Below, in pieces: positions 37,130 through 48,469 of a stretch of DNA of 64,000 bases; within the stretch, counting starts at the first letter, position 1, and each line of letters begins with the position of its first letter. Made by a program: the position numbers and the translations under genes. The notes under the pieces were generated by a model, which worked only from the letters and a program-made list of their open reading frames with translations, did no database searches and was not told the DNA's origin. Source of the DNA: Eukaryota sp. TZLM1-RC (Eukaryota > Protista > Metamonada: BaSk clade); contig JAUPSS010000003.1 of NCBI GenBank assembly GCA_040285825.1, forward strand, positions 2,976,001-3,040,000, given 5' to 3'.

Positions 37130-38150
37130 ATCATGAAATAAACAATTAAAACTCCACATCCTAAAAATCTCTTTCGCCTACATCAATACAATTAATTACT
37201 AAAGATTCAAAAAATTTTCCAAATGAAGAGAGTGAATCAGAAATTAATTTCACCATTCCCTTAAAAATAGAAAATACAATCCAGTTTTACCAGTAAACAC
37301 GATTGAAAATTCTTCCAGTTCTTTCCTTTACAACTACAACAAAATTATCAAGGAAAGTCTTACCCAGAGTTCCAAGCCAAGAAAAAACAAAGGGACATAA
37401 ATTATATTGGGCATGAGAATTTTCGTTAACTGAGGAAATGGGTTTCGCATATTTAGCAATTTTATATTTTTCGCCAGCAAGAAGAGGATTATTTACATCT
37501 GAGGTAATGAAATGTTCGTCAGAAGAATTACAAGGGTCTATGGACATGGCGTCTAAAATATTAAAACCACCATTTAAGCCTGTAACAACCATATCACCTC
37601 ATGTCAGACCCATAGAAGCTCTGTTGTAGCGCGTACTATCAATATTGGGGTCATCAAGAATAATTTTCGATAGCAAAGGCTCCAAAACGGAATCTACTCG
37701 ATATGATTTACACATTATATAAATTTGGTCCCTGAACTTTTTTTCTGACTGTAATAAAATGAAAACAGTTCAGAATATGAGTAAACAAAAGAGGTTTACC
37801 ACATTTACATGTTAAATGACTGGGCAAATTTGTTGGCCATAAAAAACAACCAAAACGCAGGTTGAAAATCCAGTCATTGCTTTTTAAAACAAGTTTATAA
37901 ACAGACGGAATTTGATTTACTAAAGCAGCAGCAGAACTATTACGAATGTCCTTTAAAAAATTTCGGAAAGAGGGATTTTCAGTTTTGACCAAGCCAAGTC
38001 TTACTTCATAGCTTTCATATAAATTAACCAGTTGGTGCTGAAACTGTTTCAGGCAAAAACGTCAATTGGGGAGTGATCGGTTTTGAATTTCTTGAACATT
38101 TTGAGGAAAGCACTGAATACACATATCACTGGGCAAACTATCTGATTTAA
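37130..38150 (-). mobile_element. CRE-like non-LTR 3' half
   Basis: CKCGK..HILNC, ILDAMSIDP, LCPFVFS..GTLG, ending DVEF*. Second copy at 58940-59480. Confidence 0.85.
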
Positions 38151-38871
38151 ATTGAAGTATATTTAGGTAAAAATTTGAAAAAGAAAATTGAAAAATTTGA
38201 AATAAGTTGGGAAATATTTGGCTCAAATGATAATGAAGAGGACTTTATGGAATGGTAGTTTGTTTCATGTTTATGAAGTTTATGCTGAACATTTGCAAAT
38301 TACAGAACAACCTTGAAGATTTTTAACACTTCATAGAAAATTTTTTTGTAGCAGATACTATTTGCTCAACTATTGAGAAAGGACCACCTTATGTATTCAT
38401 TTAATTAAATTTACATAATCACTTTTGACATTTGGATGAAGAACAAATTACAATTATGCCTGCATTTTGATCTTCATCATTCCTTGTTATCAAAAAATGG
38501 AACAAAGACTAAGACTCAGCTTTTGGCTTAAAATGATCGAAAAAAAAACTTGCTCACACAACAGATTTCAAATGACCACCAACTGATTAATGCAAGTATC
38601 ATACAAAGTGCGAGAAGATCCACAGAAGCTGCGTAGTCAGGGCATACCAACATATTCATTGAAATATTCATTTAGATATTGACCAATTTTGTGTAGAATA
38701 CATTCATAGCGCAATATACAATTTATTAGAACAAAAATAAGGAAAACTGAAAACAGCAACAAAAAATACTGAACCACAGTGATTGAAAAACCACGAAGAC
38801 AAGAAAAACTAAAATAGAAAGAAAAAAGATGACATAGATTATTTCAAAATAATTTAATATTTCAAAAAAAT

Positions 38872-40098
38872 TCACGTATTTTCAGAAGCAAAATAGCGAT
38901 CAATCATCCTTAGAACATCAGCTTGAAGTGTTTTTACATCAATATCTACTTCAAAATTCTCTTTAACGAACAGAATGTTTGAAATCTTTTCCCTTAGAAA
39001 AATTAAACTAGAATAAATTCTTTGCAATTTCTTATAAAACGGCTCAACTTCAGTGAAAACTCCTTCATGTTGATGTTTTAGTTTCCTTCGAAGAAGAAAA
39101 TCTTTAACATCTTTATATCGAACTATAAATGTATTGAGATCTTTAATATATTCAGAAAAACTGTGTTTGATGTCATTGAAAAGCAAAACTCTATTAGGTC
39201 CCAATTGAATTAATTTGTAATAAAAGAGACAAATGTCTTGAATAATAGTTGAAGCAGAAACAAAATCTTCCATTCCTTTTACCAACAAGCTTGGAATTGC
39301 TTTCTGCTTACATTCAGCTAATGTCCTCTTTCCCGAATTTCTAAAGGCAATTGCTTTCTTATGGAAGTTAGTGGCATCAACTTTAGATCTAATAGACTTT
39401 GGTTCTCCGTGTGTTATTGAAAGAATTTCAGATAATGGTGACATTTTTTGTTGAACTGTAGCAAAGGAAGGACCAAAAAGCCACAAATTTTGGGCATATT
39501 CACGTGTCATGTCATCAATCAAATCATCATCGTATGACTGATTGACTGCCATTGGAGACCATCTACATGTACTTCTTAAATGTGGTTCGATGGTATTAAC
39601 CAATGGAGGAGGAAGGGATTCAAAATCAGACTCTGAATCAGAATTACAGATACCATCAGAATTCGGACGACTGCCAAGACTCGTGACGACTTGATTCACC
39701 GGGGAAATTTCTGGGGTGGGTGTATGTGGTAGAGTAGGGTGAATGGTAGGTTGGTCCTTGCCTGCAAGAGGTGTTTCAACCAAGGGTTCTTCTTCTTCAA
39801 TGTGTTTTCTTTTTGTGTCAATGGTGGGGGTACGACCGAACGACCGCCGGAGTGTGATAGTGGTGGTGACAGGAGTTGTTAGGAGAGGGTCAGGGAACAG
39901 ACAGGAAGAGCGGCGAGCTTCTGGATCTAAGAAGTGAGGTATGGAAGACGGGGGTGCACATGGAAGAGAAAAGGAAGAAGAGTTGGTTCTAACTGGACCT
40001 AGTGTAAGCCGAAGTCTGCGGATCCTGGTAGATTCTTTGTGTAAATGATCGCTGTGTAAGGTTCGAGCACCACCACATTTGACACGCCTCGATGGCAT
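38872..40098 (-). CDS. Hypothetical protein, ~408 aa, Pro/Ser-rich N-half and helical C-half
   Basis: Long uninterrupted ORF; no family recognised. Confidence 0.75.
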   Translation of the reverse strand: MPSRRVKCGGARTLHSDHLHKESTRIRRLRLTLGPVRTNSSSFSLPCAPPSSIPHFLDPEARRSSCLFPDPLLTTPVTTTITLRRSFGRTPTIDTKRKHIEEEEPLVETPLAGKDQPTIHPTLPHTPTPEISPVNQVVTSLGSRPNSDGICNSDSESDFESLPPPLVNTIEPHLRSTCRWSPMAVNQSYDDDLIDDMTREYAQNLWLFGPSFATVQQKMSPLSEILSITHGEPKSIRSKVDATNFHKKAIAFRNSGKRTLAECKQKAIPSLLVKGMEDFVSASTIIQDICLFYYKLIQLGPNRVLLFNDIKHSFSEYIKDLNTFIVRYKDVKDFLLRRKLKHQHEGVFTEVEPFYKKLQRIYSSLIFLREKISNILFVKENFEVDIDVKTLQADVLRMIDRYFASENT

Positions 40099-40170
40099 AA
40101 GAGTCAAGTGAAACTTGCTTATGGATCAGTTGGAGGAAGAGGCTCCTCAAACTGAAGGCAAATCTTTACT

Positions 40171-40396
40171 GTGAATTTCACTTATCATGCGAAATTCACT
40201 CCTGTTTTCAACTTTCTTAATGTCTACTCACTGGCTGTAAGAGACATGTAACGTCGTTTGACAAAGGAAATCATGATCTTCATCAATGGGCTACCTCACT
40301 TAAATAGACCTTCTGCTTTCACAGAACAAAGTCTCGCGACTTGATGAATCTAAGTGGATCTATTAAATGCTACTAAGGCATTTGTAGATCGGTCTC
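40171..40396 (-). ncRNA. Candidate Fanzor omegaRNA / structured element end
   Basis: Hairpins: GATCTA-AAATGC/GCATTT-TAGATC; AAGTC-GCGA-GACTT; TTCTGT-GAAA-GCAGAA; ATGTCT-CTTAC/GTGAG-AGACAT; GTGAATTTCGC/GTGAAATTCAC. Long-range pairings: CACTTAGA/TTTAAGTG and TTCATC/GATGAA. Lies ~90 nt downstream of the Fanzor stop on the same strand. Confidence 0.6.
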
Positions 40397-40485
40397 AAAA
40401 GTTTTTCAAAAAAATATATAATAAAAAACTCAAAGTAATATCAGTTTTTCAAATGTTTCTGATTCTGTATGCTCAGGTTCCTCAT

Positions 40486-41580
40486 TCATCTCCTCAACAG
40501 AGCTTCTGGGCAAATGTATCTTTCCGGCCACAATTCCGCTTTCTTCTGAATTTGAATATTTTTTGCAGCGGAAATATCTCTGTCATATACTATTTGACAC
40601 TCAGTACAAATACGCATCTGCCATGAACCTGCTTGAATATTCTGGGACATGCAACAACTGGACAGTTTGCTTGTATTAAATTTACTGGTTGACAAGTGCT
40701 TCACGTCAATTGGATAAAACAACCATTTTCTGAAAGCCCTAGCTGATCCATATCGATTGACTTTTCGGCAATGAGAAGGGAAATCAGCAGAACCCACAGC
40801 AAGATAGAGTTTTTCAGGATGTCCAGCCAACCTTTGAATTTTGTTGAGACTCTCTCTGAACCATCTCTCTTTTCGTCTGCGGTTATCAAATTTGAATATT
40901 TTTCATTTCTGGCGATCACTTTCCAAGTACACTTTCCTCCTGAACAAATTCCAATGGTTCAAATATTGGTTGAAATTTTGAACGGAATATTGGTCGGGAG
41001 AGTGTTTATTGGGTGAAGCTTTTGTTGTGTTTCTTCTGCCAGTTGGACAAGGGATAACTCCACATTGATTATCATTTAAAAGGTAACCACATAATCTCGA
41101 TTGGCCCAGATCAACGCCAATCAAGGGCATTTCAGGCAAAATTTGGACTGGATGTCTACGTCTTCGATGGGGCATTTTTTTAGTGCCCTTCAACTGTACT
41201 TTTCTGGTTTTGTTGGCATCAGGGTCAATTTTCATTTCTCTTCTTAATCTTGTTTTCTTTTTTGGTGGTTCATCCAGCTCATCTGTGTTTTCTGAGTTGA
41301 TATTTTTACCTTGAAAGGCCAAAAGCAGTTCATTACCATTAGTTTTCAATACAATATTTTTAAATCTATTTTTTAAACTTTTTCTGTTGATATTTTATTT
41401 GTAGTAAGGGCTATGTTTGAATATTCGTTTTAGACGTGAATTTTTGATGAACTTTGTTTTGGAAGATGATCCTTCAATAAAGTGGAAATTTTTTCACAGA
41501 GTGGAACAAATGTGAAGGAATCTCATGAAATTTAGAACCTTTATGAGAAGCTGAAGGTACTATTCTAAATTTCTGCTAGC
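40486..41580 (-). pseudogene. Fanzor1-type TnpB-like nuclease, family B, the least decayed copy
   Basis: KFRIVP..., FKNIVLKTNG, RuvC-I LIGVDLGQ, one in-frame TGA at 40903-40905, LAVGSADFP, RuvC-II S(K)FNTSKLSSCC (E to K), CTEC, RuvC-III DRDISAAKNI. Confidence 0.88.
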
Positions 41581-41924
41581 AATGAATATGAGAAACGAAA
41601 GTGAGTAAGTATTGTGAAAGTTTAAAATTAAAGAGAAACAACTCACCAATTTCTTTTGATGAAAAGCTGACTCTAGCACATGAAGATAGTAAAGAAGCAG
41701 TGGCAGGAAATTTTGGAATGAGATTCAAGATAAAATTACATGTATTTAATAAAAAGAATCTTTCTCTTGAATTATTAAGATGGAAATTAATGTAGGGCTC
41801 GAGAATAGAATCAACAACTACTGCTTCGGGTTGGTCCCTTCTGTTATTGCATTAGCTCCTATAGGTGCTAAAAGTTCATGTGGTATAAGAGAGAGAAGAT
41901 AATTGGCAAAGACATTCGTTTTAT

Positions 41925-42043
41925 CCAGGGCTTGGTCATCGGCATCTCATTCGGCTTTTAATTTGTTGATCCAGTTGGTTTCACTTTCTTGTTGATGTAT
42001 AAATTTGTATGGAGCGTGACGATTGGACCTCGGAAAATGGGGG
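41925..42043 (-). pseudogene. Fanzor family A fragment
   Basis: RHAPYKFIHQQESETNWINKLKAE*DADDQ aligns with RHTLYKYINKQKSEAAWVNRLKAELKAEAH of ORF 240-536. Confidence 0.7.
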
Positions 42044-42669
42044 AAGCAATTGCCACGTCATGCCACGTCATCACCAGCAATTGATACAATGATTTTCGAG
42101 AGATTCTAATAACTTATCAGATATTTCTTCATCAGACACCTTAAATTGAATAGGTAGTAATTTCACATGTTGAAATCGGAATCAGGAGGTGTTTGAGTTT
42201 GCTGACATTTTAAATATTTGAGAAGCTTTCACTGTTCTTCATTTTGAACACGATTGTATTTTGGAAGACTATTTGAACATATTGAATGTACAATACATCA
42301 TTTACAATTATATTTATTCATCAAGATACCCTTTTCCTGATATTCTTCTACTTTAATTGATGTTAGTGGGGGCCAAAACAATAGTATCATCAATCATTTC
42401 CTTCTTGGTAGTAGGCAGACAGAATTAGTATGACCAAGCAACAATTAAATATTTGTTTCATTTGTTATGTCAAATTTAATGCTAATTTCTGTTGTGTTTA
42501 TTTTTTGACTTAATCGCAAAAATTCGATTAAGGAAAACTTGAATGAAATTTACAAAAACTATCAATATACAAAATGCGTTTTATTAAAAAGAACAATATT
42601 TCCTATCAACAATCAACGTGAATGCTGAACTTGCAACACTTTTAAACCACCACCTATGGTGTGTTTTTA

Positions 42670-42970
42670 TCATTATACTCCATTAAACAACCATATACTA
42701 CATTCTCTAGCAGAAAAGATGCGAAAGGAGCCACTAAGTGCTTGAAATGATAACTCTTTACAAATGGTTTTCAGTTTAGACTTTGGAATGGGTAATCTTT
42801 TCATTAAAGAAATGCAGCTATTAGTAACTCTGGGTGAAACTTCAAAATGAAATGGTTCAACTAAAAATCTCAATTTGATAATAACAATTCAAGACTCTGA
42901 TATTTCATATTTTGTCATGTCTGCCTTCTATTTAAATATTGTTCCATCGGTGATGTTAACTCAAAAATCA
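42670..42970 (-). repeat. Unclassified dispersed repeat; second copy at ~59660-59900
   Basis: Shared blocks AATTCAAGACTCT...TTTGTCATGT and TTCCATCGGTGATGTnAACTCAnAAATCA. Confidence 0.6.
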
Positions 42971-44003
42971 AGACTGTTTTATTTCTTGATTCATCAGTAT
43001 TTTTCGAAATAAGAATTAGATCAGGTCTTAATTCAGTCACAACCAAAGAAAAATTTACATAATGATTTGTGTGATAAGGTTAATCGCAGTAAACATCATA
43101 ATGATCTAGGAAAGGAAGTGAGAGGTTAACAAAATTATTTAAAATTGAATCATGTCTCCATTAAGGTCTTGTATATTTCGGGGATTTGATAACTTGTACA
43201 ACTGCATAAATTGGGACACAACGTAATAGGTCCCGAGTGACATGATGAGCACACTGGAGACAATAGTTTAGAATTATCAGGAATTTTCCGACAATTGTTA
43301 CATCGATAAAGGTAATCAGCAGTAGGAAATATATTCAAGGAAGAAATTAATTACAAACTTAATGATTTAGGGAGGTAGATCAATCAACTTGGACAACCAA
43401 TTATGATAAGCGATCATATTTTCCGAGCTAATATGACATTGTTGATTGAAGATTATTTTGCAATCCATAACCTATTACTATTATCATTCTATATAGTGTA
43501 AATTACTAGTAATTAAATACTTGAAATAGATGACATTATTAACAAGTTATGAACTAAACTTAGGATTCATTGAAAGCATAAAATTCTATACATGAACGAT
43601 TTGTAACACTTGTGTCAGAGTTCTCTAAGAAAGTCTTTAGAACAAGATGAAATAGAATGTAGAAATGTAGAAATCATATTGATAGTGACACTGACACACC
43701 AGTTTGTAGAATCAGCAATTCTGCGGTAGTTTTCTTTTCATTTGTTTATCAATTTGGAATGAAATTTCCGAATGAATTTTTGGTTTTGTTGCCAAATATA
43801 GCTTTGAATTCCCCTGTTTCTGGAATTCTAGAACTTTAGTTAGAATTCGAAGATTAATTAAATTGATTGATGTTGTTGTAAGAGTGTTATTTCAATTTTC
43901 CTATTTTAAAATTGTTATCTCGATTCATTAACAAAAAAGAAATCCTCATAATCTGATATCCTGCTACGTCCTGCTAAACTTGGCACCACCATCCTAATTC
44001 CCA

Positions 44004-44189
44004 ATGCATTTCCCACCCCGATCACTAAAAGGTTTGTTTTCCCTTTCAAAACTGTTCCCAGAACACGATAGACAACTAAGACGTTCAGCGGCTACCATAA
44101 TTCAAAGCTTCTGGCGAGGCCATAGAGAACGAGAAAGGAGTAACCCAGAAATAAAGGAAATAAGACACCGCTTGGACAGTATTGAATAA
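44004..44189 (+). CDS. Small IQ-motif (calmodulin-binding-like) ORF
   Basis: AATIIQSFWRGHRER fits IQxxxRGxxxR. A 30-nt in-frame intron at 44032-44061 is possible. Confidence 0.5.
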   Translation: MHFPPRSLKGLFSLSKLFPEHDRQLRRSAATIIQSFWRGHRERERSNPEIKEIRHRLDSIE

Positions 44190-44378
44190 ATTAATCAAAT
44201 GCAGTTTCAGCGAACTTTAAATTCTAGATGAGGGAGATACTTCGTTAATTCTAATTCTCTTCTCAAATAATACAAAACAATTTATTAAAAAGTTTATTTT
44301 GAGCAAATAATCTGACCAAAAAAAAATAAACTGAGTAGTAAAACTGTATGCCACCTTATTAAAAACAATGTCCAATAC

Positions 44379-45377
44379 TTATAAGTTTTCTTTCTCCAAT
44401 CCAGCCTTCTCCACACAACTGACAGGTAATGCATACGTGGCATCCACCTGCTCCAATCCTTCCAACCCCAATAAAGACAGCCCGGAAATGCCAAAGAACG
44501 TGTGGAACATGTCAGCCATATTGCCTGGTCTATCTGAAATGCCTCCATCTTCTGCATCCTGACAGTCAAGAATAAACTCAATCAATCGACCCTCATCAAT
44601 CCAATCAACCTTACCAATCATCGACAGGGAGCTCACTACCCACCATGAATAACAAACATCAGATTTCTTCATTGGCCTACCACACAAACCGCCCGTGGAG
44701 TCCTGCCGCTCTGCCAACCACCAAGCTGTTTGTTCTACTTCCTTTTGTGTGAGAGAAGAAAGAGAGCAGAGAATGGAGAGGGAACCAATACAACAGAAGA
44801 CCTGACCAGCATGGCTCTCCCCACCCGGAACACAACCAAACCCTCCATCATAGTTTCTACAAGATTTAATATAGGAAATTGTAACATCTTTATCCAATAA
44901 AAAAAGTTTTCCTAATAACGCCAAAGAATAGACAGCGCAGTATGAAAAACGTGAATCTATTTCACCCCAACGGTCTCCCATAAAAGAACCATCAGGTTGT
45001 TGTAGAGAAAGAACAAAACTGGTGGTTTTATTTATTTGTACTTCTGATAAAGAAGAAATTGAATCAAATAGTAACAAAATTTGTAAGGAACTGAGAGTGT
45101 AGAGTAAGTGAGGATCATGGCCAATGTTACCCCCAAACCCCCCAGATTCAGAGTAACAGGAAAGAGTAAACTGTACAAGAGAGGATTTGGATAATTGGGA
45201 TGAGTTTTCTGGTATAAGATGGGACTGCTTCATTAGTCTTAATGAGGTAACCGCCCAATATACTGATGACGCACGGAGTTGCTCAGTGATACAAGCAGCC
45301 ATAGAGTCATGGGATTGCGCAAGTCTAAGAATACTCTGGCAGTGTTTCTCGATGTGGAGTGGAGACGCGATGGACAT
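44379..45377 (-). CDS. RABGGTB: Rab geranylgeranyltransferase beta subunit
   Basis: GGFGGNIGHDPHLLYTLS, GDRWGEIDSRFSYCA, GGESHAGQVFCC, DVCYSWW, GGISDRPGNMADMFHT. Confidence 0.96.
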   Translation of the reverse strand: MSIASPLHIEKHCQSILRLAQSHDSMAACITEQLRASSVYWAVTSLRLMKQSHLIPENSSQLSKSSLVQFTLSCYSESGGFGGNIGHDPHLLYTLSSLQILLLFDSISSLSEVQINKTTSFVLSLQQPDGSFMGDRWGEIDSRFSYCAVYSLALLGKLFLLDKDVTISYIKSCRNYDGGFGCVPGGESHAGQVFCCIGSLSILCSLSSLTQKEVEQTAWWLAERQDSTGGLCGRPMKKSDVCYSWWVVSSLSMIGKVDWIDEGRLIEFILDCQDAEDGGISDRPGNMADMFHTFFGISGLSLLGLEGLEQVDATYALPVSCVEKAGLEKENL

Positions 45378-45453
45378 CGGCTAGTAGCACAAAAATGTCA
45401 AATAGTAGTAACCTGTTGAGATTAATAGAATATGAAGATGAAATGAATCAATT

Positions 45454-46451
45454 TTATCTTTTCAAAACTTGAGCTCTTTCATTTCCTTTGATATACTCAT
45501 CCACAACATGAATCATATTAAGAACAGCATTGACATTATGATTCACATCCACACTTCTTGTAAGTGAGTAATCCGTATCTAAGGAGTGTTGGAGTCTTTG
45601 CTCTCCTGTAAGGTCTTGGGTTAGGTACTCGATCTTCTTTACATTTTCACCTTTTTTCCCTCGAGTGCACATGCATGGCATTGACAGCTTGTTCTATATT
45701 CTTCCAGCAGCAACCACCGGAAGTTTCGTTTTTTAAACATCTTTCGATAACCAACTTATTTTGTAGGTGCTTGATGTTTAATATTGGCTTGCTTCCAATC
45801 TCCCATCACTACAATGTTATTTTCTGGACCTCCCAACTTTTTTCTTCAAATTTATTCATCAATTTTGCTTCAAACTTCTTATTGGCCATGAATCTTTGCA
45901 GTGTCATGACTCTCAATTCTTTGTTAAAGTGAAGGCTCCAATATGGAGAGATAAGTTGTTTTTTACCTAGTTTAGGAATGCCTCATGATCTAGAGTTTTT
46001 TTGAAGATTGTTTTACTTCTTCTTCCCATTCATTTACAGTTTTGTTTTGATAAATCTATGATTCTATAGCATCCTTAAAATTTATTATTTTGTTGATTTA
46101 TCAGCTTATCTCATGAAATTTGAGTCAAGTATGGATCTTTTTCACCTTTTTCTGGCTTCTTAACGGGACTCTTCCCAGATTAATCTATTTATATAAGGTG
46201 TGAGGAACAACTTCCATAAATTAAAGCAGTAATCTTTCTGTTGGAATTACCTTTTACCTGTTCGAAAAATCAATATTGATGTTGGAATTTTTCAATTTTT
46301 CCTTCAGGAAGAGTTTCACAATTTCCCCGGTAAAGGGATTCATCAAGATCAAAATTCTGTAAATTGCCTGCGTGTCCCAGAAAGCGTGCCCAGGTGTCTC
46401 AGGGGTCTGAATTAGAAACAACTTCTTTTTAATTGGATGTGATTTTGGCAA
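45454..46451 (-). pseudogene. Fanzor1 relic, family C
   Basis: PETPGHAFWDTQ; SKKTLDHEAF; FMANKKFEAKLMNKF..GGPENNIVVMGDW..HQAPTK*VGYRKMF..LLEEYRTSCQCHAC..NPRPYR..YGLLTYKKC..NVNAVLNM..ERAQVLKR*. Many lesions; the RuvC-I region appears deleted. Confidence 0.88.
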
Positions 46452-46561
46452 TATTTGTCAAATATATGGTTCTAGCCGACTAGAACCGACTAGAACAAGC
46501 AACAATAGCTGTATCAAATCATCAATGATCTAGGATTGATCAGGCAAACTTATTTTTAGCT

Positions 46562-46720
46562 TATAAATAATATAAAATAATAATAAAATAAAATACAAAA
46601 TAATAATAAAATAAAATAAAATAAAAAATAATAATAAAAATAAAATAAAAAAATAAAAAAATAAAAAAATAAAATAAAAAAATAATGAAATGAAATAAAA
46701 AAATAAAAAAAATAAAAAAT
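46562..46720. repeat. A-rich (AAAAT)n low-complexity tract
   Basis: Seen directly in the sequence. Confidence 0.9.
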
Positions 46721-47221
46721 ATCAATTAAAACAAATTCACAATGAAAAAGGTTTCGATAACATTTGGGAAATTCGCAAAAAATAGTTCAGCGTTGTACGA
46801 CAGAAACAAAGGTCCAGAAATTTGCTCAATAATTCTTGAAAGTTATTTTTATTGATAATGCAAATGAATCTAAATAAGCGGAAACACTATATTTTGTGAT
46901 CCTTCCCATAGATTTAAGAGATAAATTTGAAATCCCCTCAGGTACTGTATAAAGATACAAAGTTTGGACATAATTCTTAACTTTGTTCTTTGAAAAAACA
47001 TCAATTGTAGATTGAAAAACTCTACTCTGCATTGAGACTTTGACATTTTGAATATCAGCAGCTTCCTCTTCCAGAATAGATAGAATAGCAGTAAACAGCC
47101 TCGAGTATTGGAAACAGTCTGGAGTTTTGATGAATAAGAATCATTTGTGTTGATTGAATTGTTATATCATAAGCAATTGAGTGATTTCTTTGTTGAATCA
47201 CCTTATCAATATCATCTCTGT

Positions 47222-48415
47222 ATGACTTGCAAGAACTGTACAACACTAGCTACAGAAATTCAGGCCTTACGTAATCAACTTCAGGAACAGTCTCAACAAT
47301 TAACTTCACTTCAACAAAATAATACTGTACTTACTGAATCTTGCCTCAAGTCAAAGAGCCATATAGTTGAACTGCTTAATGAAAACAATGATCTAAAGAA
47401 TACACTCAACCATTACAAACATTTATTAGGATTGCCAGAATCTGGAGAGCAAGCTGAAACAGAAGACAATGTAAACCATGAGGATGACTCGCCTGATGCA
47501 TCTTCCCTGTTACCATCAAATGAAACTATGCATTGGGCTACTTCTGGCCTTGGCGAAATCCAAGCTTTAGAACTTGACCCATGTAATCCTCACAAGTTTT
47601 GTTTGGGTGGAGCTGGAGGAATAGTGGAAATCTATGATGCCAACCACCTTGAGTCAACTTCTCCTGTATCTCAAATCAAAGACGAAAATCCCATAACAAC
47701 TTTGTCTTTTGCACGAGATTCGAAACATCTCTTTATTGGAGGTAGAAAGCTTTCTCTCTATGATACGACTAATTCCAAATTGATCTCGAGATACTTTGCA
47801 CATCAGGGAAAGGTAACTGGGATGTCATGTAGCAGTGATGATAACAGTTTACTGACTGGGGCATTGGATCGGAAATTAATTCTGTGGAGCGTGGAGAAAT
47901 CTGTACCTCTAACTACAATTAACACAAGTTCTTCCTTGAATGATGTAGATCTCTCCAGAAATGATGACACTGCTCTCTGTGGACAGCTCAATGGCACCTT
48001 TGGACTCTGGGATCTGCGCAGCAAATCTCTTATTTCGTCCCCAACGAAGCTTCATTCATCGCGTATTGCTAGTGTCAAGTTTATTGATCAGTCAATCGTT
48101 GCTTCGTTGTCAAGGGACTCTTCTTTGATTGTGTTTGATATCCGAAATCAACAAGTGGTGAAGAGATTTGAACATCCATTACTGAAAGTTACCAATGATT
48201 CTAGTTGTTTTTCCTTGAAAAATTCCTTCATTGCAGTTGGTAGTACCGATGGAAGGGTACTTGTTTTTGATTTAAATTCAGATGATTTGTCTCCTTGTGG
48301 TGTGTTTCAGTCAAGTCACTCAGATTACAACTTATCATGTCAGTTTATTAGTAGTTCTTTGGTTGTGTCCTGTTCCAAACATGGTCATGTTTCTGTTTTT
48401 GGTAGAGATTTGTAA
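47222..48415 (+). CDS. ATG16: ATG16L-like coiled-coil plus WD40 protein
   Basis: Coiled coil followed by WD40 repeats with HQGKV, DRKLILW, SSLNDV, SRDSSLIVFDIR and AVGSTDGRVLVFD, in the order seen in ATG16L1. Start is uncertain (frame is open from 47147). Confidence 0.75.
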   Translation: MTCKNCTTLATEIQALRNQLQEQSQQLTSLQQNNTVLTESCLKSKSHIVELLNENNDLKNTLNHYKHLLGLPESGEQAETEDNVNHEDDSPDASSLLPSNETMHWATSGLGEIQALELDPCNPHKFCLGGAGGIVEIYDANHLESTSPVSQIKDENPITTLSFARDSKHLFIGGRKLSLYDTTNSKLISRYFAHQGKVTGMSCSSDDNSLLTGALDRKLILWSVEKSVPLTTINTSSSLNDVDLSRNDDTALCGQLNGTFGLWDLRSKSLISSPTKLHSSRIASVKFIDQSIVASLSRDSSLIVFDIRNQQVVKRFEHPLLKVTNDSSCFSLKNSFIAVGSTDGRVLVFDLNSDDLSPCGVFQSSHSDYNLSCQFISSSLVVSCSKHGHVSVFGRDL

Positions 48416-48469
48416 ATTATTAATTAAAATGTATCTATATATAAAAATTTTATTGAACTGCAACACTTA

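Noticed and set aside
40261-40396. Hammerhead/HDV ribozyme, snRNA or SRP identity for the structured segment
   Set aside because: I could not find their conserved cores (CUGAUGA with GAAA, ACAGAGA, the U5 loop, the SRP helix-8 motif) by eye. An Rfam scan is still needed.
43150-43338. Small Cys-rich zinc-ribbon ORF
   Set aside because: It is short, has no clear ATG or recognisable family, and lies in decayed DNA, so it cannot be supported as a gene.
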